Assembly: GCA_036385955.1 (NCBI GenBank)
Contig: DASVJK010000015.1
Span: forward strand, 13,040-77,039
Source of the DNA: Chthoniobacterales bacterium
Lineage (GTDB): Bacteria > Verrucomicrobiota > Verrucomicrobiia > Chthoniobacterales > UBA10450
Direction: 5' to 3'
DNA length: 64,000 nt
The notes under the pieces are model-generated. The model saw only the letters and a list, made by a program, of their open reading frames with translations. It did no database searches and had not been told where the DNA came from. The first letter of the stretch is position 1, and every line of letters begins with the position of its first letter. Positions 28,978 through 39,115 of the stretch are shown here, in pieces. The position numbers and the translations under genes were made by a program.

Positions 28978-29839
28978 CGGCGAGCGTGTGCCCGTTTCCT
29001 TGATCGTGCCGATCAAGAACGAAGCGGACAATCTTAAGAGGTGCCTCCAATCTGTCCGTTGGGCGGACGAAATCTTCGTCGTCGATTCGCAGAGCACGGA
29101 TGGATCGCTCGAGATCGCGCAGGAACACGGCGCCCATATCGTGCAGTTTCATTTCAAGGGAACGTGGCCGAAGAAAAAGAATTGGGCGCTCGAGAATCTT
29201 CCTTTTCGGAACGAATGGGTCTTTATTCTCGACGCCGACGAAGTGTTGCAGCCGGGAGCGGATGAGGAATTTGCCAGCGCGATTGCGAACGCAGGTGAGA
29301 CCGCCGGGTATTGGATAAACCGGCGCTTCATGTTCATGGGCCGATGGCTTCGGCATTCGTATTATCCAAATTGGAATCTCCGCTTGTTTCGTCACTCGTT
29401 AGGCCGATATGAAAAGCTGACCGACGCGAATACGCACAGCGGAGACAACGAAGTACACGAGCATGTGATCGTGCAGGGACAGACCGGCCGTCTGCGTTGT
29501 GAGATGGATCACTACGCTTTTCCGTCAGTGGAAGTTTTCGTGGAAAAGCATAACCGGTATTCAAACTGGGAAGCACGAGTCTCGGCCGATCGCTGGTTCT
29601 CTGGCAGCGCCGCCCCGATCCGAGGTGGCCCAGTGGAACGGCGGCGAAAACTGAAGCTCCTTTCGCAATACCTGCCTTGCCGCCCGCTCCTGCGTTTCCT
29701 CTACATCTATGTTTGGCAGAAGGGCTTTCTCGACGGTCGAGAGGGTTATTATTTTGCGCGAATGCACGCCGTGTACGAATTCCTCTCCGTCGCGAAAACC
29801 TACGAGCTGACCAGGACGAATCGGGCGCCTCACGAGTAG
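28967..29839 (+). CDS. GT2-family glycosyltransferase
   Basis: Motifs VSLIVPIKNEADNLKRCLQSV, FVVDSQSTDGS and the DxD in ILDADEVL. Confidence 0.8.
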   Translation: MGADGERVPVSLIVPIKNEADNLKRCLQSVRWADEIFVVDSQSTDGSLEIAQEHGAHIVQFHFKGTWPKKKNWALENLPFRNEWVFILDADEVLQPGADEEFASAIANAGETAGYWINRRFMFMGRWLRHSYYPNWNLRLFRHSLGRYEKLTDANTHSGDNEVHEHVIVQGQTGRLRCEMDHYAFPSVEVFVEKHNRYSNWEARVSADRWFSGSAAPIRGGPVERRRKLKLLSQYLPCRPLLRFLYIYVWQKGFLDGREGYYFARMHAVYEFLSVAKTYELTRTNRAPHE

Positions 29840-29844
29840 ACCCG

Positions 29845-31068
29845 ATGCGCGCCATTGTCTGGGGAATTAACTACGCGCCGGAGTTTACGGGAATCGCGCC
29901 GCACAATGTCGCGCTTTGCGAATTCCTATCCGCGAGTGGAGATGAGGTGCTGATGGTCACCGGTTTTCCCTATTACCCTTCGTGGGAAAAGCGGCCGGAA
30001 GACTGCGGCCAGGTCTATCGCACCGACCAAATCAACGGAGTGTTGGTGCATCGGTGCTGGCAGTTTGTCCCGACGCGTGTCTCTGCTCTGAAACGCATTT
30101 TTCACGAAGCGAGTTTTGTCTTTACCTCCACCTTGCGCGCTCTCTCTCTTCCGCGCGCCGATGTTTATGTGCTCGTTTCTCCTCCACTGTTGCTTGGCGT
30201 CGCGGGATGGCTCGTCGGAAAAATCAAAAGCGCGCCTTTTGTTTTTCATGTCCAGGATATGCAACCGGACGCCGCCGTCGGGCTCGGGATGCTGAAAGCG
30301 AGTTGGTTTACGCGGGCGTTGTATGCGCTCGAATCGTTCGCATATCGGCATGCAGCCCGCGTCTCCGGCATTACCCATGGCATGCTCAAGAGTTTCCACG
30401 GTAAGGGAGTCCCCGAATCGAAGCTCGTCTATTTTCCAAACGCGATTGCGTTGAACGACGCGGCGCCGCCTCCAGCATGCGGTGAATTTCGAAGCCGGCA
30501 TGGGTTCGCGCCGGAAGAGTTTCTGGCCATTTACGCTGGGAATCTTGGTGTGAAACAAGGCTTGGACGTGTTGCTGGAAACAGCGCCGTTGCTGCGTGAT
30601 CCGCGCATTCGAATCTTGATCTGTGGTGACGGCGCCCAGCGCGAGTCGCTAGCGCAGCGTGTGCGCGAACTGAAGCTTCCGAGTATCAGTATGCTTCCAT
30701 TACAGGCTGGTCGGGATTATCGCGCCTTGCTCGTCGATGCGGACGTTTGCTTCATTACGCAACAAGTCGGAGCCGGGAATTCTTTTTTCCCGAGCAAGCT
30801 TCTTGGTTTGCTCGCGGAATCGAAACCCGTTGTCACGGTTGCAGCGCCGGAGTGTGAACTGGCGTTGTCGTTAGCGGAAGGAAAGTTCGGCGAAAATGTC
30901 CCGCCCGGTCATGCGCAGAAGTTGGCTGATCTTCTCGAAGTTCTCGCGCAGGATCCGCAGCGTCTTGCGGACTACGGCGCCGCCGGCCGCCGCTATGTCG
31001 AGCAATTCGACAAGAGTTGCGTGTTCCAAAGCTTCGCTGAAGAACTTAAGTCGTTAGGCAAGTGTTAG
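29845..31068 (+). CDS. WcaI-like GT4 glycosyltransferase
   Basis: The ATG at 29845 gives MRAIVWGINYAPEFTGIAPHN, a WcaI-type N-terminus. A GT-B C-terminal half is present. Confidence 0.8.
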   Translation: MRAIVWGINYAPEFTGIAPHNVALCEFLSASGDEVLMVTGFPYYPSWEKRPEDCGQVYRTDQINGVLVHRCWQFVPTRVSALKRIFHEASFVFTSTLRALSLPRADVYVLVSPPLLLGVAGWLVGKIKSAPFVFHVQDMQPDAAVGLGMLKASWFTRALYALESFAYRHAARVSGITHGMLKSFHGKGVPESKLVYFPNAIALNDAAPPPACGEFRSRHGFAPEEFLAIYAGNLGVKQGLDVLLETAPLLRDPRIRILICGDGAQRESLAQRVRELKLPSISMLPLQAGRDYRALLVDADVCFITQQVGAGNSFFPSKLLGLLAESKPVVTVAAPECELALSLAEGKFGENVPPGHAQKLADLLEVLAQDPQRLADYGAAGRRYVEQFDKSCVFQSFAEELKSLGKC

Positions 31069-31071
31069 GTG

Positions 31072-31094
31072 GATCGTGCGCTCCGCGCGCGATC
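31072..31094. terminator. candidate bidirectional hairpin between convergent genes
   Basis: GATCGTGCGC-TCC-GCGCGCGATC forms a 10-bp stem (one G-U pair) with a 3-nt loop. It sits between the stops at 31068 (+) and 31119 (-). There is no strong U-tract on either side. Confidence 0.35.
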
Positions 31095-31118
31095 TACCTT
31101 TCAGCCAAGATGCGCCGT

Positions 31119-32525
31119 TCAATAAGCGCTCCTCGGTGGAATCACCAGATGCACGAAAGTGCGCAGGATGATTCCGCACTCGAGGGAGAGATTCCAGTTT
31201 TCGAGATACTCGATGTCGCAGGCGACGCGATTTTCGATATCGGAACTATTCCGGGCTTCGCCCCGAAATCCTCGAACTTGCGCCAGGCCGGTGATCCCGG
31301 GCTTCACAAAAGCGCGGACGTGATAGTTCGCCATCAATTGGGAGAATTGTTTGTTATGTTCGATCAGGTGTGGCCGCGGTCCAACGATGCTCATGTCGCC
31401 GATGAGCACGTTCCAAAATTGCGGGACTTCGTCGATGCTGAGTTTGCGAAACCATTTCCCGATTGGATAAATCCGTTCATCTCCGTCACGCGCCTGGCGT
31501 GTGACCTCCTGGTGATCGGGCCTCATGGTGCGAAACTTGTAAATCTTGAATTGCCGGTTTTGCATGCCGGCACGCGTCTGCACATGAAAAAGGGGCCCGG
31601 GGGATTGAAGACGTTGCGCTATCCAGACAATGGCGGTGAGAACGGGAAAAATGAACAGGATTACAGGCAATGAAATCGCGACGTCGATTGTGCGTTTGAA
31701 GAACCGGTTGAGCGGATTTTCCAACGGCTCTTCCCGCAGTCCGATAAAGCGAAAGCCATCATCTTCAAAGTGCGTTACGGGATGGCGCAATTTCTCCTCG
31801 AGATCGCTGACGATGAGCAGCCGGACACCAAGATGATCGCAAATGCTGATGATATGGCGGTTGATCTCAGTGAAGAGCGGAAACTCCAGCATGATGATTT
31901 GCGTGATGCCGCGCTCGACGATGATCTTCTCGAGATCATCGGAATTACCCAGAACGGGGATGCCGTCCTCAGTCTTGTCGATTCGCTCGTCGCAAACGAG
32001 ACCGACGGTGCGCAACCCAATATCCGCTTTGCGACGCAACCAGCCTCGCAGTTGCGCGGCTTTCTCGGTCGATCCAACGAGAAGTGTTTTTTCTTCGCGC
32101 GCGCCGGTAAAGATTCGCCGGGCCAGAAATGAAGGCAGATAATGATGCGAGAAGAGCAAGGCCACGTAGAGCCATGGAACAAAATTAAAGAAGAAGATTC
32201 GCGAGATGAAGGCGTCCTTGGTCGCAATCAAATAAAGGACGAGGGTGCCGATGCTGGCGAACACTTGCCGCAAACTCAGTCGATGCTGGCGCAGCAGTTC
32301 GTTCTGGAGGAAATAGTTCTTCGAGCCGTCGCGGCTCAACGACTCGACCGTCATTCCCAAAACCAGCAACCCGCAGTAAATGCTATAGCGGCGCCACGTC
32401 AGTTGTGCTCCTGGAGAATAAAAGGTGACCATCACCCAGACGCCGAACCAGAAGAGGACCGCCACGAGCACGATCTGGCAGAGCAGGAAAACGCGATACA
32501 GACCCTGCGTGCGTTGCGTAACCAT
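31119..32525 (-). CDS. initiating polyprenyl-phosphate hexose-1-phosphate transferase (WcaJ/WbaP-type large PGT)
   Basis: It has an N-terminal TM bundle, a central Rossmann-like region (LLVGSTEKAAQL) and a C-terminal bacterial sugar transferase domain (FKRTIDVAISL...KIYKFRTM...LSIDEVPQFWNVLIGDMSIVGPRP). Confidence 0.85.
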   Translation of the reverse strand: MVTQRTQGLYRVFLLCQIVLVAVLFWFGVWVMVTFYSPGAQLTWRRYSIYCGLLVLGMTVESLSRDGSKNYFLQNELLRQHRLSLRQVFASIGTLVLYLIATKDAFISRIFFFNFVPWLYVALLFSHHYLPSFLARRIFTGAREEKTLLVGSTEKAAQLRGWLRRKADIGLRTVGLVCDERIDKTEDGIPVLGNSDDLEKIIVERGITQIIMLEFPLFTEINRHIISICDHLGVRLLIVSDLEEKLRHPVTHFEDDGFRFIGLREEPLENPLNRFFKRTIDVAISLPVILFIFPVLTAIVWIAQRLQSPGPLFHVQTRAGMQNRQFKIYKFRTMRPDHQEVTRQARDGDERIYPIGKWFRKLSIDEVPQFWNVLIGDMSIVGPRPHLIEHNKQFSQLMANYHVRAFVKPGITGLAQVRGFRGEARNSSDIENRVACDIEYLENWNLSLECGIILRTFVHLVIPPRSAY

Positions 32526-32674
32526 GATTATTTCCCGAAGCCAATGATGAGAGTACGCGATGGCAGCCCGCGTTCAACCCGTGGTAAAACCGGCGCGTCC
32601 ATATGACTTTGAGAGCGCTCCATGCACCCGCTTCCTAAATAGCTACTCCCATACCAAGAACCGGCCCGCGGCCA

Positions 32675-35047
32675 ATGCAAAAAAAGCGATCCAGGATACG
32701 CCCCAGTTTCACCGCTGCTCCCGCCCGGTGGTGGAAGAATATTGCGATCCCCACGCTCCCCGTGCTCGCCTGTTTCCTCGGTGGCGCGACCGAGAAATGG
32801 AGTGAAGGCATTGTTGTCGCTCTGCTGGGCCTCATCTTGCTTGCTGATCCCCCAAGGTTCTCGCTTGGACGGGGTTTGAACCTAATCTTGCTCGCCACCG
32901 TCGCATGTGTGGCCACGGCATTTCTGCCTGCGAGCTGGTTTCTGCAGCCGGCGTGGCGTCTTGCGTTGGAGAACGACTTCGGCATCGGCCTCCCCGACAC
33001 ACTTTCACCGCAGCCTTGGATTTCCCTTGGATGCTTTGTCAGTTTTCTGGCCGGCCTGAGCTGGCTTTACTACGTCAGCGCGCTCGATCTGGAGCTGCGG
33101 GAAGTGCGCCAACAGCTTCGACTTTTCGCTGCTGGCATCGTCCTGCTCGCCGCGCTTTGCATCGCTCTCCATTCCGCTCACACCGCCCTTCCTTTCTGGC
33201 ACAACCAGCGTGGGTTCGGGCCTTTTTTAAATCGCAATCAAACGGCCAATCTCTTCGGTCTCACGGCGGTCGTGATCTTGGCGTGCGGCCAGGATGATAT
33301 CCGGCACGGCAGAAAACGCTGGATCGTTTGGCTGCTCGGACTCGCTATCGTCGTTGCCGCGATCGTCCTCGATTTCTCGCGCGCAGGCATCCTCATTCTT
33401 GTGGCCGGAAGCGCACTCTGGCTCGGCGTATTCGCGCTGCGCAAGGGCTCGGCAGCGCGGATTGCGCTCGGCCTTTCCGCGTTGCTCATTTTGCTGACGG
33501 TGATGCTGGTTTTCGGCGGGCAAACGTTCGAACGCTTTCATCTCCGTGCCGGCGATGCGGGAGACATGGCCACGGATCTTCGCTGGGCAATTTTCCGGGA
33601 TGCTCTCCAACTCATTCGCGCTTCGCCTTCGTGCGGCATCGGTCTGGGAAATTTCGATGGAGTCTTCGCGATCTTTCGCGACGCATCTCTGACCGGCGCC
33701 CGCACGATTCATCCAGAGAGCGATTGGTTTTGGCTCTGGGTCGAAGTGGGATGGCCCGTAGTCCTTTTGGCCATCGCCGGGATCGCGCTCCTTGTTCGAC
33801 GGGTTTTTCCTTTGCAAGAGGGAACGAATCAGCGCTTCCGCCTCGCGGCCGGGATCGCCGCGGTCCTCTTTGTGTTTCATGGACTGGTGGATGTTTCCGG
33901 CCATCGCGTCGGCACCGCCTTCTCGGGCGTTTTTCTCCTTGGGATGGCGCTTCGGCGTCCGGCGCAACTGCACCACAGTTCCTGGATTCCTCGAGTATTT
34001 CGTTTAATGGGGATTCTGCTTTTGACTTCCGGGATCGCCTGGCTTGTTGCGACCCGTTATGAAATGCCTCTACCTGGAGCGGTGGGTGCCGAGAATGAAA
34101 TGCGCAAGGCATCGGCCGCGAGTCAGGGCCGAAATTTCGGCGAAACCATTCAACGCACGACGCGCGCCCTCGACTGGGCGCCGCTCAAGTGGCAGCTCTA
34201 CTTTTCGCGTGCGCTCGGGAAGGTCGGAGCGAAACGACCGCCGTCCGACGCGCTCGATGATTTTCGGCGCGCGCGTTTTCTCGAGCCAAACGCTTACGAA
34301 GTTCCCTACGAGGAAGGAATCGTCTGGCTGGCTACGGAACCGTCCCTCGCAATCACGGCATGGCAGGAAGCCTTGCGACGTGTTGGCGTGCAGCGGCTCG
34401 AAATCTATGGGCACATGCTCGCGCTCGCCTCCCAACATAGTCCAACTGTGCGTCGAGGCCTCGAAGAGATCGGCCTGGTTCACCACGATCTGGCGCTGAT
34501 CTTTTTCGAGCGCGCTGCTGGTGACGCCTTCATGACCGCTCTTCATCGCTTTCTCGAGCACGATCCGAACCTGCAAACCTTTTCCAGCGAAGAGAAGATC
34601 AAGTTCTTTTCGCTCTGGGCGGAGCGCGGCGATCTCAACGAGTTGGCGCGCGGGGTCGAGACGCATCCGGATTGGATGAGTCACGCCTGGCGCGCGGTGG
34701 CGAAGTATCACGCGAGCCGAAATGATTTTCGCAGCGCGTTCGAGATCGTCCGGCGTTTTGGAGAAACGCCGCCCTTGCCTGAAGCTGCCGCCGGCTCTTC
34801 GATCGACCAGCTCCGGCAAGCGCTCCATGCAATGCCGGATAATTACGGAGTTGGCTATCAACTCTACCGCGAGCAGATGCGCGAAGGAAAAATCGATGAA
34901 GCGCTCATGACGGCGCGGCACTTCACCGAGCTTGCGAGTTGCCCGCGTTACTTTCATTTTCTCGAGGCGGAAGCGTGGGCCGCAAAAGAAAACTGGGAGC
35001 TCGCATGGAAGGCGTGGGAGAAATTTCAAACGGCCAGGAAGCAATGA
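32675..35047 (+). CDS. O-antigen ligase-family (Wzy_C) membrane domain fused to a C-terminal TPR-like domain
   Basis: A polytopic N-terminal region of about 440 aa carries RGFGPFLNRNQTANLFG and HPESDWFWLWVEVGWPVVLL, which are Wzy_C-like. The C-terminal ~340 aa are helical repeats (ALDDFRRARFLEPNAYEV...). Confidence 0.7.
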   Translation: MQKKRSRIRPSFTAAPARWWKNIAIPTLPVLACFLGGATEKWSEGIVVALLGLILLADPPRFSLGRGLNLILLATVACVATAFLPASWFLQPAWRLALENDFGIGLPDTLSPQPWISLGCFVSFLAGLSWLYYVSALDLELREVRQQLRLFAAGIVLLAALCIALHSAHTALPFWHNQRGFGPFLNRNQTANLFGLTAVVILACGQDDIRHGRKRWIVWLLGLAIVVAAIVLDFSRAGILILVAGSALWLGVFALRKGSAARIALGLSALLILLTVMLVFGGQTFERFHLRAGDAGDMATDLRWAIFRDALQLIRASPSCGIGLGNFDGVFAIFRDASLTGARTIHPESDWFWLWVEVGWPVVLLAIAGIALLVRRVFPLQEGTNQRFRLAAGIAAVLFVFHGLVDVSGHRVGTAFSGVFLLGMALRRPAQLHHSSWIPRVFRLMGILLLTSGIAWLVATRYEMPLPGAVGAENEMRKASAASQGRNFGETIQRTTRALDWAPLKWQLYFSRALGKVGAKRPPSDALDDFRRARFLEPNAYEVPYEEGIVWLATEPSLAITAWQEALRRVGVQRLEIYGHMLALASQHSPTVRRGLEEIGLVHHDLALIFFERAAGDAFMTALHRFLEHDPNLQTFSSEEKIKFFSLWAERGDLNELARGVETHPDWMSHAWRAVAKYHASRNDFRSAFEIVRRFGETPPLPEAAAGSSIDQLRQALHAMPDNYGVGYQLYREQMREGKIDEALMTARHFTELASCPRYFHFLEAEAWAAKENWELAWKAWEKFQTARKQ

Positions 35048-36903
35048 ACGGCAACGTCCAGACATTGCCTCGTCCTCCCCGGATGGCGAGGTCGCGCGGT
35101 GAACCGTCGGCGCGACCGGTCTGGCTCTTTGCGGCGCTTTTTGCGCTTGGTCTTTGCGCGGCGGCCGATTGGTTCACGGCCGGCACAGTGCGTCTTTACG
35201 TTGACGAAGATAGCGCCGCGAACCGGCAGGAGGGCACCGTCTGGCAGCATTTCGGAATTCGCGGGAATGACGTCGTGCCGGAAATCATCAGCCGCGACGA
35301 AGCGCGATTCGTATTCCCCGTTTCGTTGGCGACGCCTCATTGGCTGTTGTTCACGGCGCATCCGGAACGAGACGCGGAGTACAAGATTATTCTGCGAAGC
35401 GGAGAGACGTCACAGGAGATTGCAGGGCGAAAGATCACCAGTGCTACCTCCGAAAAGATTTCGCTGCCTGCGGGCGAGGGGGAGTTGCAATTTGTAGTTC
35501 ACGGACGCATCGCGTGGTTCGACCCGCTTCTCGTGCGGAAATTCTTTCTCTGGCCGGTTTATCTCGGTGTCTTTATCGCATTAATGCTTGCGTTAAAAAA
35601 AAGCCGTCCTGCGCCACCGGCCACTCACGTGAGCATTGGTAACTGGCTGGCTCTCGTCGCGAGCACGGTCGTCTGTCTCGGGGTGATTGAATTTGTTCTG
35701 CGGTGTGTCGCGTTGAAGCTCCCCCCCGCGGTGCTGATCGCCCGCCACGATCTGGGATTGTCCGCACCTGACCCACGCTGGATCGATTCACCGCGGTACA
35801 AGCAGCGCCTGCGTCCGAACTTGAATACCATTTGCGAATGGAAATTTGGCGATATCGTGCGGATGGGATTCATCCCACCGGAACTGTCTGACGGCGAAAA
35901 TCACCGTTATACGTTTCAGACCGACGCCGAAGGTTTTCGAAATCCAGCTGTCCGTTCGAAGATCGACATAGCCGCTTTAGGGGATTCTTTCACCGATGCC
36001 ATGACTTCGCCGGTGGAAGAAGGATGGCCCGCGCGCCTCGAACAAATCACCGGGAAGAAAGTGCAAAACTACGGGACCTCCGCGTTCGGCCCGCAACAGG
36101 AATTGTATGTTCTGCAGGATTACGCGATCCAACATCAGCCGCTCAGCGTCGTCCTCGCCTTCTTTGCCGGGAACGATCTTTTTGACGCCGAGTGCTTCGA
36201 TCGTTGGGAGCGGGCCGGAGACAAACCCGGCGAAGAGACGACGGGTTGGCGTCTCGAAAAAAGATATCGGCGTTACGAAACGCTTTTCCTCACGACGCTG
36301 GCTCAGGCGGCTCTGTCGGCTGTTGCTCCGCAAGGAACCCCAGCGCCTGCACCGGAGAACAGAAATTCCGGGCCTCGCTTCGATCGTGGCATGTATGAAA
36401 TCCCCGTTTCGGGAAGTGGCATGCTTCGCTTTGCGGTCACGCCGCCCTATCTGCAAAAGCTCGGAAGTCCGCGCCAGGAATTTGAGCGCAGCCGGGGATG
36501 GGAGGTCGCGCGCGCAACTCTTCTGCGGATGAAAGAGACATGTGATCGCACCGGCAGCCGATTGACGGTCATGTTTGTTCCGGCCAAGGCTGAGGTCTAC
36601 TGGCCGCTGATCGAACGCTCGTTAGGCGCGGATGAATTGCAGCGTGCCATCGACTTCTCCTGCCGCTACAATCATATGCAGCTACGGGCGGCTGACATTC
36701 AGGCAAACCGTCTCGCGCAAAACGATCTCCTCCGCGATTTTTGCGCCGAGGCTAAAATCTCGTTCCTCGATCTGACCCCCGCGCTGGAACAAAACGCAGC
36801 AGCTGGTCGCGCAGTTTATTTTCCCGACGATGGCCACTGGAACGCCGCCGGGCACGAAGTCGCCGCACAGGAGCTGGCAAAATTTTTCGCGCTCCAACCA
36901 TGA
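35044..36903 (+). CDS. membrane-anchored SGNH/GDSL hydrolase-family protein (AlgX/AlgJ-like candidate)
   Basis: The ATG at 35044 overlaps the upstream TGA (ATGA). The SGNH blocks are IAALGDSFTDA (I), FFAGNDLF (III) and FPDDGHWNAAGH (V). There are two TM segments and an N-terminal domain of unknown type. Confidence 0.65.
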   Translation: MNGNVQTLPRPPRMARSRGEPSARPVWLFAALFALGLCAAADWFTAGTVRLYVDEDSAANRQEGTVWQHFGIRGNDVVPEIISRDEARFVFPVSLATPHWLLFTAHPERDAEYKIILRSGETSQEIAGRKITSATSEKISLPAGEGELQFVVHGRIAWFDPLLVRKFFLWPVYLGVFIALMLALKKSRPAPPATHVSIGNWLALVASTVVCLGVIEFVLRCVALKLPPAVLIARHDLGLSAPDPRWIDSPRYKQRLRPNLNTICEWKFGDIVRMGFIPPELSDGENHRYTFQTDAEGFRNPAVRSKIDIAALGDSFTDAMTSPVEEGWPARLEQITGKKVQNYGTSAFGPQQELYVLQDYAIQHQPLSVVLAFFAGNDLFDAECFDRWERAGDKPGEETTGWRLEKRYRRYETLFLTTLAQAALSAVAPQGTPAPAPENRNSGPRFDRGMYEIPVSGSGMLRFAVTPPYLQKLGSPRQEFERSRGWEVARATLLRMKETCDRTGSRLTVMFVPAKAEVYWPLIERSLGADELQRAIDFSCRYNHMQLRAADIQANRLAQNDLLRDFCAEAKISFLDLTPALEQNAAAGRAVYFPDDGHWNAAGHEVAAQELAKFFALQP

Positions 36904-38708
36904 ACATTCTCGGCATCTCGGCCTTCTATCACGACAGCGCCGCTTGTCTGGTGCGTGATGGCATCATCATCGCTGCCGCGCAGGAAGAACGCTTTACGAG
37001 AAAAAAACACGACGCCGGGTTCCCGGGACACGCTATCGATTATTGCCTGCGGGAGGCAGGCCTGGCCGGCGGCAGCCAACTCGATCTCGTCGCCTTTTAC
37101 GAGAAGCCATTCTTGAAATGCGACCGGCTTCTCTCCACTTATCTGGCCTGCGCTCCATTCGGGCTGCGCTCATTCCTGAAAGCAGTCCCGGTCTGGATGA
37201 AACAGAAGATCTGGATCAAGGACACCATTCGGAACGAGCTTCGGTTTGAAGGCCCGATCATTTTCCCGGAGCATCACGAGTCCCACGCCGCATCCGCTTT
37301 TTTTCCTTCGCCCTTCGAAAACGCGGCGGTGCTGACGATTGACGGTGTTGGGGAATGGACGACCACGAGCGTCGGTCGCGGGGAAGGGAACCGGGTCGAG
37401 CTGCTCGCCGATTTGCGATTCCCGCATTCTCTCGGCTTGCTCTATTCCGCCTTCACTTACTATCTCGGTTTCCGCGTCAACTCCGGCGAATACAAGGTGA
37501 TGGGTCTCGCCCCCTACGGCGAACCGGCGTTCCGCGACCTGATGCTGTCGGAGCTAATCGATCTCAAGAACGACGGCTCCTTCCGGCTCAACCTGCGCTA
37601 CTTCGATTTCATGGTGGGTCTCACGATGACGAATGGAGCGTTTGATCGACTGCTCGGGGGACCGCGGAGGAAACCGGAAGCGGAGCTTACCCAGCGCCAT
37701 ATGAATATCGCGCGCTCGATCCAGGCGGTGACGGAAGAAGTGATGTTGCGTCTTGCGCGCCACGCCCACGCGCTCACCGGCGCGCGCAACTTTTGTCTCG
37801 CCGGCGGCGTCGCGCTCAATTGCGTTGGAAACGGCCGAATTCTCCGCGAAGGACCTTTCGAAAAAATTTGGATTCAACCTGCCGCGGGCGATGCAGGTGG
37901 CGCGCTCGGCGCTGCGCTGCTCGGCTGGCATCATTACCACAAGCAATCGAGAAAAGTTTCCGGCTATAACGACGCGCAACGCGGTTCGTTTCTCGGCCCG
38001 GCCTACGATGCCGCCGAATTTCTGAAGCGCGCTGCGATCCCGCACGAGGAAATGGACGAAGACGAGTTGATGTCGCGCGTAGCGAGATTGCTCGACGAGG
38101 GAAAGGTGATCGGATGGTTCCAAGGACGGATGGAATTCGGCCCGCGCGCGCTTGGGAACCGCTCGATTCTCGGTGACGCGCGTTCGCCCGAGATGCAGGA
38201 AACCTTGAACCTGAAGATAAAGTTTAGAGAAAGCTTTCGCCCATTCGCGCCGTCGATTTTACGCGAGCGCGTCGGTGATTGTTTTGAGTTGAACCAGGCA
38301 AGTCCCTACATGCTCCTGGTCGCGCCCATAAAGGAGTCGCTTCGGCTAAACGGGCAGAGCGAAGGTGCGGGCGGCGATTTTATGGTTCGGTTGAAGACGC
38401 CTCGCTCGACTCTTCCGGCTGTAACCCACGTTGATTATTCGGCGCGCGTTCAGACTGTCACCGCCGAAGACAATCCGCGCTTTCACCGATTGCTCAGCGA
38501 GTTCGAAAGAAAAACCAGCTGCCCGGTGCTGGTGAATACCTCCTTCAATGTTCGCGGCGAGCCGCCGGTCTGCACGCCCGCTGAGGCTTTCAGATGTTTC
38601 ATGCGCACGGAGATGGATTATCTCGTGTTGGGAAATTTCCTCCTCGATAAAGCAGAGCAAGACCTTGCGAACGTCGTGAAGGGCGAAACCGTCGATGTCC
38701 TGGATTAA
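36900..38708 (+). CDS. carbamoyltransferase (NodU/CmcH family)
   Basis: ATGA overlap with the upstream gene. The N-terminus MNILGISAFYHDSAACLVRDG...AAQEERFTRKKHD and the C-terminal VNTSFNVRGEPPVCTP are typical of the family. Confidence 0.9.
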   Translation: MNILGISAFYHDSAACLVRDGIIIAAAQEERFTRKKHDAGFPGHAIDYCLREAGLAGGSQLDLVAFYEKPFLKCDRLLSTYLACAPFGLRSFLKAVPVWMKQKIWIKDTIRNELRFEGPIIFPEHHESHAASAFFPSPFENAAVLTIDGVGEWTTTSVGRGEGNRVELLADLRFPHSLGLLYSAFTYYLGFRVNSGEYKVMGLAPYGEPAFRDLMLSELIDLKNDGSFRLNLRYFDFMVGLTMTNGAFDRLLGGPRRKPEAELTQRHMNIARSIQAVTEEVMLRLARHAHALTGARNFCLAGGVALNCVGNGRILREGPFEKIWIQPAAGDAGGALGAALLGWHHYHKQSRKVSGYNDAQRGSFLGPAYDAAEFLKRAAIPHEEMDEDELMSRVARLLDEGKVIGWFQGRMEFGPRALGNRSILGDARSPEMQETLNLKIKFRESFRPFAPSILRERVGDCFELNQASPYMLLVAPIKESLRLNGQSEGAGGDFMVRLKTPRSTLPAVTHVDYSARVQTVTAEDNPRFHRLLSEFERKTSCPVLVNTSFNVRGEPPVCTPAEAFRCFMRTEMDYLVLGNFLLDKAEQDLANVVKGETVDVLD

Positions 38709-39114
38709 CGACGAATATCAGAAACTCGACCGTTCGCCGCGTGCGTTGCGACGCTTTGGGTTCACGGTCGGATTTGTAGTTGTGTTCCTGGGTTGTGTTT
38801 TGTTGTGGCGTCATCGTGGCGCCGGATGGCCTCTGATCTCGATCGGAACAGTCCTGGTCCTTGCCGCCGGTTTGGCTCCGTCGAGGCTGAAATGGGTTCA
38901 CGGCCCATGGATGATTGTCTCGCTCGCGCTCGGATGGATCGTCACCCGGATTCTTTTGACGATCGTCTTCTTTCTCGTGGTAACACCGATCGGCTTACTG
39001 CAGCGGCTTTTCGGAAAGCGCGCGATTGAAGTTGCCTTTAAGGCGGATGCGACCAGTTATTGGCAGGCACGAACGGTGCGTCCGATGCCGGAAGATTACG
39101 AAAAGCAGTTCTAG
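38695..39114 (+). CDS. SxtJ-family small membrane protein
   Basis: 139 aa with 3-4 TM segments. It sits immediately downstream of the carbamoyltransferase (14-nt overlap), which is the usual position of SxtJ homologues. The assignment rests on context plus a remembered sequence pattern. Confidence 0.55.
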   Translation: MSWINDEYQKLDRSPRALRRFGFTVGFVVVFLGCVLLWRHRGAGWPLISIGTVLVLAAGLAPSRLKWVHGPWMIVSLALGWIVTRILLTIVFFLVVTPIGLLQRLFGKRAIEVAFKADATSYWQARTVRPMPEDYEKQF

Positions 39115-39115
39115 G

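Noticed and set aside
34070-35065. 331-aa minus-strand ORF. Similar large antisense ORFs occur at 13102-13977, 22632-23444, 25951-26643, 29926-30558, 31062-31673, 33227-33976, 37554-38123, 43362-44069, 47922-48746 and 60843-61448.
   Set aside because: Each lies entirely opposite a CDS with strong family motifs and shows the low-complexity, R/G/A/P-rich composition typical of GC-rich mirror frames.
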